DNA of 32,000 nucleotides, from contig NZ_WOTG01000004.1 of the NCBI RefSeq assembly GCF_011516925.1, positions 58,894 to 90,893 on the forward strand. Direction: 5' to 3'. A model generated the notes under the pieces. The model made no database searches. It was not told the DNA's origin and was given only the letters and a program-made list of their open reading frames with translations. Below are positions 26,341-32,000 of the stretch, one piece after another; the stretch's first letter is position 1; each line of letters opens with the position of its first letter. Position numbers and translations under genes: made by a program. This DNA is from Acetobacter fabarum. Its GTDB lineage: Bacteria; Pseudomonadota; Alphaproteobacteria; Acetobacterales; Acetobacteraceae.

Positions 26341-27123
26341 ATGGCGGACATTACAGGAAAAGTGGCGCTGGTTACCGGCGGCGGGCAAGGCATTGGCCGT
26401 GGCATAGCCCTACGGTTGGCCAAGGACGGTGCGGACATAGCCCTGGTGGACATCCGCGAGGATCGTCTGGCAGGTGTGGTTAAGGAAATCGAGGCACTGG
26501 GCCGCAAGGCCACCAGCTTTATTGCCGATATTGGCGACCGCGCGCAGGTAGCGGCAGCGATTGACCATGCCGAGGCTACGCTGGGCAGTTTTGATATTAT
26601 GGTCAACAACGCAGGCATTGCCCAGATCAAGCCGCTGGCGGATGTAACGCCTGAGGAAATCCAGCGCATTTACCGCATTAACGTGGAAGGCACTCTGTGG
26701 GGCATCCAGCTTGCTGCGGCCAAGTTTATTGCGCGCAAAAGCCGCGGCAAAATTATTAACGCCTGCTCCATTGCCGGGCACGAAGGGTACGCCATGCTGG
26801 GCGTTTACTCCTCCACCAAGTTTGCGGTGCGTGGGCTTACGCAAGCTGCGGCCAAGGAATATGCCTGCCACGGCATTAACGTAAACGCCTACTGCCCCGG
26901 TGTGGTGGGGACGGATATGTGGGTGGAAATTGACAAGGAATTCGCCAAGCTGACCGGTGCTCCTGTGGGTGAGACGTACAAGAAGTTCGTGGACGGCATA
27001 GCCCTTGGCCGGGCCGAAACACCGGATGATGTGGCCGGTCTTGTGTCCTGGTTTGCTGGCCCCGATTCCGATTACGTAACCGGCCAGTCGATCCTGATTG
27101 ATGGGGGTATGGTGTACCGCTAA
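26341..27123 (+). CDS. budC: acetoin reductase / meso-2,3-butanediol dehydrogenase, classical SDR
   Basis: TGGGQGIG cofactor motif, NNAG and the catalytic YSSTKFAVRGLTQ. The C-terminus GPDSDYVTGQSILIDGGMVY is collinear with Klebsiella BudC as I recall it. The ATG at 26341 follows GAGAGG. Confidence 0.85.
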   Translation: MADITGKVALVTGGGQGIGRGIALRLAKDGADIALVDIREDRLAGVVKEIEALGRKATSFIADIGDRAQVAAAIDHAEATLGSFDIMVNNAGIAQIKPLADVTPEEIQRIYRINVEGTLWGIQLAAAKFIARKSRGKIINACSIAGHEGYAMLGVYSSTKFAVRGLTQAAAKEYACHGINVNAYCPGVVGTDMWVEIDKEFAKLTGAPVGETYKKFVDGIALGRAETPDDVAGLVSWFAGPDSDYVTGQSILIDGGMVYR

Positions 27124-27151
27124 GGGGCACAGCCTGCGCGCACCGCCTAAC

Positions 27152-27189
27152 AAAAACCCCGCCAGAGTGTGCCTCTGGCGGGGTTTTTT
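27152..27189. terminator. bidirectional rho-independent terminator between budC and purF
   Basis: A5 (27152-27156), then an 11-bp stem CCCCGCCAGAG (27157-27167) / CTCTGGCGGGG (27173-27183) with a 5-nt loop, then T6 (27184-27189). Confidence 0.88.
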
Positions 27190-27212
27190 ATAACAGGGCG
27201 GCAGGCCGTGGC

Positions 27213-28700
27213 TCAGGCTGAGTCGGGGCCAAATTCCGCATCATGGTCAACCAGCGCAATGGGGTATTCGCCGGTAAAGCAGGCATCGCAATAGGTGGAG
27301 CGGCTGGCCTTGCGGCTTTCATGCCCCATGGCGCGGTACAGCCCGTCGAGCGAGATAAAGGCCAGACTGTCCACACCAATCAGTTCAGCCATTTTCTGCA
27401 GGTCGTTCTGGGCGGCCAGCAGCTTGCTGCGTTCTGGCGTGTCGATCCCGTAGAAGCAGGAATGCTTGGTGGGGGGGGAGGAAATGCGCATATGCACTTC
27501 CCGCGCCCCGGCCGCACGCACCATGTCCACGATCTTGCGGGATGTGGTGCCGCGCACAATGGAGTCGTCCACCAGCACAACGCGCTTGCCGTCCAGAATC
27601 GGGCGGTTGGGCGAGTGCTTCATTTTCACGCCCAGATGCCGGATCTGGTCGGTGGGTTCAATAAAGGTGCGGCCCACATAGTGGTTGCGGATGATGCCCA
27701 GCTCGAAAGGAATGCCGCTGGCCTCCGCATAACCGATGGCGGAAGGCACGCCGGAGTCGGGTACGGGCACGACCACATCGGCCTCAACCCCGCTTTCCTG
27801 CGCCAGTTCACGCCCGATTTCCTTGCGCACGTTATAGACCGGCAGGCCTTCAAGCACGGAGTCCGGGCGCGCAAAGTAGATGTATTCAAACACGCAGAAA
27901 TGGGGTTGCGTGTCCCCGAACGGGCGCAGAGAGCGAATACCGTCATCATTGATGACAATCAGCTCGCCCGGTTCCACATCACGTACAAATTCCGCGCCAA
28001 TAATATCCAGCCCGCAGGTTTCGGATGCCAGAACCCATGCGCCGTCCTTGCTGCCTTCGCCGGGCAGCTTGCCCAGCACCAGCGGGCGCACACCCATGGG
28101 GTCACGCACGCCGATCAGCGCATCCTGCGACAGAACAACAAGGGAGTATGCACCAGTGACCCGCTTGAGCGCGTCAATCAGCCTGTCTTCCACCGTGGCG
28201 TAAAGCGAGATGGCAATCAGGTGCACGAACACTTCCGTATCCGTGGTGGACTGGAACAGGCAGCCACGGCGGATCAGCTCGCGGCGCAGGGTGTCAGCGT
28301 TGGTCAGGTTGCCGTTATGGGCCACCGCCAGACCGCCAAAGGCGAATTCGGCAAACAGGGGCTGCACGTTGCGCAGCAGGGTAGCCCCTGTTGTGGCGTA
28401 ACGGTTATGGCCAATGGCGCGTGTGCCAGCCAGTGTGGCCATAACGCGCGAATCACTGAACACATCGCCCACAAGGCCCAACCCACGGTGGGAATTGAAG
28501 CGGTGATGAGCCGGATCGAAGGAGACAATGCCCGCTGCTTCCTGCCCACGGTGCTGGAGGGCGTGCAGTCCAAGGGTTGTCAGGGTTGCTGCGTCCTTGG
28601 CGTTCCATATGCCAAAGACGGCACATTCCTCTTGCAGGTGGTCCTCGTCCGCACGGACAGGATCGGGGAGGGAAACGGACGGCGTGGAGTGGGGGTGCAT
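27213..28700 (-). CDS. purF: amidophosphoribosyltransferase (glutamine PRPP amidotransferase), Fe-S/propeptide type
   Basis: Ntn nucleophile context ECAVFGIW, then HRGQEAAGI, the PRPP loop VVLVDDSIVRGTT, and C-terminal Cys ligands SCFYGIDTP and YCDACFTGEYP. The start is ambiguous (ATG at 28700, 28763 or 28802). 28700 is chosen because it avoids overlap with cvpA. Confidence 0.9.
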   Translation of the reverse strand: MHPHSTPSVSLPDPVRADEDHLQEECAVFGIWNAKDAATLTTLGLHALQHRGQEAAGIVSFDPAHHRFNSHRGLGLVGDVFSDSRVMATLAGTRAIGHNRYATTGATLLRNVQPLFAEFAFGGLAVAHNGNLTNADTLRRELIRRGCLFQSTTDTEVFVHLIAISLYATVEDRLIDALKRVTGAYSLVVLSQDALIGVRDPMGVRPLVLGKLPGEGSKDGAWVLASETCGLDIIGAEFVRDVEPGELIVINDDGIRSLRPFGDTQPHFCVFEYIYFARPDSVLEGLPVYNVRKEIGRELAQESGVEADVVVPVPDSGVPSAIGYAEASGIPFELGIIRNHYVGRTFIEPTDQIRHLGVKMKHSPNRPILDGKRVVLVDDSIVRGTTSRKIVDMVRAAGAREVHMRISSPPTKHSCFYGIDTPERSKLLAAQNDLQKMAELIGVDSLAFISLDGLYRAMGHESRKASRSTYCDACFTGEYPIALVDHDAEFGPDSA

Positions 28701-28746
28701 AAGCGCGCAGGGCCTCCGCAAATGGCTGGTACTGGCCGTATGGGGA

Positions 28747-29271
28747 TTACAAGGTGGCGTCATGACCTGTTGAACGCTTTGGCGCAACCCCTTTTGCGTC
28801 AAATTCAGCCAGATAAGGTTGGATATAGGTTGTCGCGGAGCGAATATAAGGGGTCAGCCGCCCGTTGGCCTCTATGGCTTCCATGTCCTCGGGCTGCAAA
28901 AGCCATTGCCCGGCCATGAACAGCAGCACAACCACGCACACACCCCGCGCAAGCCCGAACAGCCCACCCAGCGTGCGGTCCAGCCCATCCAGCGGGGTGG
29001 CGCGCACCAGCCGCACAATGGCGGCGGCCAGCAGGTAACCAGCCACCAGAAAAAACAGCAGCACCAGCGCAAAGCTGGCCAGTTGCAGCCCTATGGGGGA
29101 GTGAATGAACCGCGCCAGCCAGGGCGTGGGCACAGTATGGAAGCGAAAAGCCAGCACAAATGCCAAAGCCCAGCTCAGCAGGCCCAGGGCAAGCTGCGTA
29201 AACCCCCGCCACATCCCATGCAGGGTGGAAAGGGCCACAATGATCAGGGATAGTGCATCTATGGCTGCCAT
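28747..29271 (-). CDS. cvpA: CvpA family (colicin V production) membrane protein
   Basis: 174 aa with four hydrophobic helices. N-terminus MAAIDALSLIIVALSTLHGMWRGF is typical of CvpA. It sits immediately upstream of purF, as in the conserved cvpA-purF pair. Confidence 0.85.
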   Translation of the reverse strand: MAAIDALSLIIVALSTLHGMWRGFTQLALGLLSWALAFVLAFRFHTVPTPWLARFIHSPIGLQLASFALVLLFFLVAGYLLAAAIVRLVRATPLDGLDRTLGGLFGLARGVCVVVLLFMAGQWLLQPEDMEAIEANGRLTPYIRSATTYIQPYLAEFDAKGVAPKRSTGHDATL

Positions 29272-29337
29272 GAGCGCAGGCTTACAGCCCCCAGTGGGGT
29301 GGGGGAAAGAGGGAAAAACGCATAAAGCCCGCGCCGC

Positions 29338-29607
29338 CTATGGCAGCTTGCTTGTGGTAACGCGCCATGGCCTGCTGGGGCTGCCGTTTTTCTTTTTACG
29401 GTGGGGGGGCTGGTTGAGCTTGTGCAGCAGCTCGGACACTTCCACCCGGCGCAGGAGTTCGGTCCAGACATCGGCCTCATCCACTCCGTCCAGCACCCAC
29501 ATATGGCTCAGGGTTTGCAGGAACAGGGCACTCTCGCGCACAAGGTCTGCGCGTCTGGCAGCAATAAAGGCAGTTGTGCACCCGGTCGCGTGTAGCCCCA
29601 CCTGCAT
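29338..29607 (-). CDS. hypothetical small protein (89-121 aa depending on start) with basic C-terminal tail
   Basis: ORF between the metH stop (29715) and cvpA. GC3-rich codons. The ATG at 29607 lies 7 nt after AAGGA; alternative starts are ATG 29667 and TTG 29703. No recognisable motif. Confidence 0.4.
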   Translation of the reverse strand: MQVGLHATGCTTAFIAARRADLVRESALFLQTLSHMWVLDGVDEADVWTELLRRVEVSELLHKLNQPPHRKKKNGSPSRPWRVTTSKLP

Positions 29608-29714
29608 GTACAGGTCCTTGCGTTCCTGAGTAAGCGGAGGCGGCAGATGCGGGCGGGAATAGACCATTATGGGATGATGCGCTGCACCATCCCAACTGGT
29701 CAATGCCCGGCTGA

Positions 29715-32000
29715 TCAGATCGTGAAATATTTGGCGTGTTTATTCAGCACCACCAGAGCAGAGGTGGACTGCTCGGGGTGGAGCTGGTCCCCATCGGTCA
29801 GGGAAACGCCAATACGCTCTGCATCAAGCAGGTTAAGGATGCTGCTCTGCTCTTCCAGCCGGGGGCAGGCCGGGTAGCCGAACGAATAGCGCGAGCCACG
29901 ATAGCCCTGCTGGAGCAGGTCTTCCATGTTCCGCGGGTCTTCGGCGGCAAAGCCCAGTTCGGCGCGGATACGCTTGTGCGTGTATTCGGCCATGGCTTCT
30001 GCCATCTCCACCGAAAGGCCGTGCAGGTAGAGGTAGTCCTGGTAGCGGTTTTCCTCAAACCAGTCGCGGGCAATGTCGGAGGCTTTCTGCCCTACGGTTA
30101 CAACCTGCAGGCCCACTACATCACGCTCGGGGTCGTTTATGTCACGCACGAAGTCTGCAATGCACTCCCCATCCGCGCGGGGCTGGCGGGGCAGGGCAAA
30201 GCGGGCGGCCTCGGTTGTGCCATCGGGTTCAAACAGAACAAGGTCGTTCCCATCGCCCGCGGCTTTCCAGTAGCCATAGCAGGCCTGTGGTTTGAGAATC
30301 TGCTCATCCGCTGCCAGCTTGAGCATGCGTTGCAGAATGGGGCGCAGCTCCTGCCGTGCCCAGACCAGAAACTCGTCCAGAGAGCGCCCCTGTTTACGGA
30401 AGCCCCACTGGAACTGGTAAAGGGCGCGCTCGTTCAGGAAGGGCAGAACGGCCTCGGGGGTGGCCTGCAGCACCTTGGCACCCCAGAAGGGGGGCGTCAG
30501 GCGGGGTTCATCCGCCGTCAGGCGTGCACGGCGGGTAGCAACCTCGGCCTTGTCCACCGGGCCGTAGCCGCGTGTTTCCGCCACTTCTGGCGAACGGGCG
30601 TTTTTGCGGGTGGCCTTGCCCTCACGCCGTTTCTGAATGGCGGCCAGATACCCGTCAAACCCGCTCTGGGCGATCTGGTCCATCAGGGTCAGGCCATCAA
30701 ACGCATCACGCGCATAGGCTACGCGGCCGGTGGCGCCGTAAGCGGCTACGCAGTCCTCTTCCACGTAATTGCGGGTCAGGGCCGCCCCGCCGAGCAGCAC
30801 TGGGGTATCCAACCCCGCGCGGGCGATTTCTTCCAGATTTTCGCGCATGATCACGGTGGACTTCACCAGCAGGCCGGACATGCCAATAGCGTCCGCTTTT
30901 TCCTTGCGGGCAGCGTCGATCATGTCGGCCACAGGCACCTTGATGCCAAGGTTGACCACACGGTAGCCGTTGTTGGTCAGGATAATGTCCACAAGGTTTT
31001 TGCCAATGTCGTGCACATCGCCTTTGACGGTGGCCAGAACAATGGTGCCACGCTGCTGGCCTTCGGCACGTTCCATGTGCGGTTCAAGCCATGCCACGGC
31101 GGCCTTCATGGTTTCAGCGGACTGAAGCACGAAGGGGAGCTGCATTTTACCCGCGCCAAACAGTTCGCCCACCACCTTCATGCCATCGAGCAGCACGGTG
31201 TTGATGATGTCCAGCGGGGCCATGGTCTGCATGGCTTCGGCAAGGTCGGCTTCCAGCCCCTTGCGGTCGCCATCCACAATGCGGTCCTTCAGGCGTTCTT
31301 CGGCGGTTTCGGCCTGTTTGCGCTTGACCGCCTCGGAGGCCTTGCGGTCCGCGAACATGGCCAGCAGGGCCTGCAGGGGGTCGTAGTCCTCGGTCCGGCG
31401 GTCAAAGATCAGGTCTTCGGCAACCTTGACTTCTTCCGGGGCGATCAGGTGCAGCGGGCGGATTTTGGAGACATGCACAATAGCCGCCGTCATGCCCGCC
31501 TTGACCGCGAGGTCAAGGTAAACCGAGTTCAGCACCGCACGGGCTGCCGGGTTAAGCCCGAAGGAGATGTTGGACAGGCCCAGCACGATCTGGATATCGG
31601 GGAAGGCCTCGCGGATCATGCGAATACCTTCCAGCGTCCACTGGCCGAGCTTGCGGTCGTCCTCCGCCCCGGTGGCGATGGTAAAGGTGAGCGGGTCGAT
31701 CATCAGATCGGACTGGGGCAGGCCGTATTTGTTGCAGGCAAACTCCACCAGACGGCTGGCAATGCGCAGCTTGTCCTCGGGTTTGCGGGCCATGCCCACT
31801 TCATCAATGGTCAGGGCGACAACGGCTGCGCCAAACTTGCGCGCCAGCGCCATACGGTCGGCGGCCGGGCCTTCCCCATCTTCGAAGTTGATGGAGTTGA
31901 TAATCGGCTTGCCACCATGCAGCTTGAGGGCTGCCTCGATGACCGGGGTTTCGGTCGAGTCAATGACCAGTGGCGCGTTGACCGAGGAGGTGAAGCGCTT
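29715..32000 (-). CDS. metH: cobalamin-dependent methionine synthase MetH, C-terminal about 760 residues (5' end beyond window)
   Basis: The frame is open to the window edge. It contains the end of the pterin-binding domain, the B12-binding signature GDVHDIGKN, the SGLL and GGA motifs, and the C-terminal AdoMet-activation domain (...ERIGVSLTDGDQLHPEQSTSALVVLNKHAKYFTI). Confidence 0.95.
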   Translation of the reverse strand, partial: KRFTSSVNAPLVIDSTETPVIEAALKLHGGKPIINSINFEDGEGPAADRMALARKFGAAVVALTIDEVGMARKPEDKLRIASRLVEFACNKYGLPQSDLMIDPLTFTIATGAEDDRKLGQWTLEGIRMIREAFPDIQIVLGLSNISFGLNPAARAVLNSVYLDLAVKAGMTAAIVHVSKIRPLHLIAPEEVKVAEDLIFDRRTEDYDPLQALLAMFADRKASEAVKRKQAETAEERLKDRIVDGDRKGLEADLAEAMQTMAPLDIINTVLLDGMKVVGELFGAGKMQLPFVLQSAETMKAAVAWLEPHMERAEGQQRGTIVLATVKGDVHDIGKNLVDIILTNNGYRVVNLGIKVPVADMIDAARKEKADAIGMSGLLVKSTVIMRENLEEIARAGLDTPVLLGGAALTRNYVEEDCVAAYGATGRVAYARDAFDGLTLMDQIAQSGFDGYLAAIQKRREGKATRKNARSPEVAETRGYGPVDKAEVATRRARLTADEPRLTPPFWGAKVLQATPEAVLPFLNERALYQFQWGFRKQGRSLDEFLVWARQELRPILQRMLKLAADEQILKPQACYGYWKAAGDGNDLVLFEPDGTTEAARFALPRQPRADGECIADFVRDINDPERDVVGLQVVTVGQKASDIARDWFEENRYQDYLYLHGLSVEMAEAMAEYTHKRIRAELGFAAEDPRNMEDLLQQGYRGSRYSFGYPACPRLEEQSSILNLLDAERIGVSLTDGDQLHPEQSTSALVVLNKHAKYFTI

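Noticed and set aside
27243-28919. 558-aa plus-strand ORF opposite purF and cvpA
   Set aside because: It is a shadow ORF of the unmistakable purF gene. It spans two genes and an intergenic gap on the other strand, and its low-complexity translation has no recognisable domain.
29105-29629. 174-aa plus-strand ORF spanning the cvpA 5' end and the small-ORF region
   Set aside because: It is antisense to cvpA for a third of its length, Ser/Arg/Ala-rich with no motifs and no RBS. The minus-strand frame has the better coding signature.
1-32000. Scan for CRISPR arrays, IS/transposon ends, integrases, phage or defence modules, and toxin-antitoxin pairs
   Set aside because: I saw no regularly spaced direct repeats, no transposase or recombinase-like translations in any frame, and no small paired ORFs with TA-like organisation. 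The window looks like conserved core chromosome.

Overview
GC-rich (roughly 60%+) chromosomal segment. The split F0 ATP-synthase operon (atpI-B-E-F'-F), the dapF-mtaB-ftsY synteny and a budC-type acetoin reductase suggest an alphaproteobacterium, probably Acetobacteraceae; this is inference only. Gene content is almost entirely core housekeeping. In order: pstC(partial)-pstA-pstB-phoU; a convergent SDR/NmrA-like oxidoreductase preceded by a 446-aa membrane-anchored orphan; rplM-rpsI; a secreted S10 serine carboxypeptidase divergent from a small secreted Asn/Lys-rich triple-repeat protein; a DEAD-box helicase with DbpA-type C-terminus; a large coiled-coil plus His-rich outer-membrane porin; gloA; dapF-mtaB-ftsY; atpI-atpB-atpE-atpF'-atpF; a translationally coupled GT2/GT39 (ArnC/ArnT-like) pair; tRNA-Thr(CGU); pqiA-pqiB-pqiC; budC; and metH(partial)-orf-cvpA-purF on the minus strand. 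I saw no CRISPR array, transposase, integrase, phage gene or recognisable defence or toxin-antitoxin module. I cannot point to a clear novel multi-gene system. The items most worth a second look are: (1) an orphan intrinsic terminator and tandem hairpins in the 225-nt tRNA-Thr/pqiA intergenic region, which may be an sRNA or an attenuator; (2) the secreted RWNNAS triple-repeat protein; (3) the porin with a His-rich linker; (4) the 446-aa orphan; (5) the GT2/GT39 pair with unknown acceptor; (6) an uncharacterised ORF between metH and cvpA. Many long ORFs in the six-frame track are antisense shadows typical of high-GC DNA and were rejected. CDS coordinates include the stop codon, as in the supplied track.
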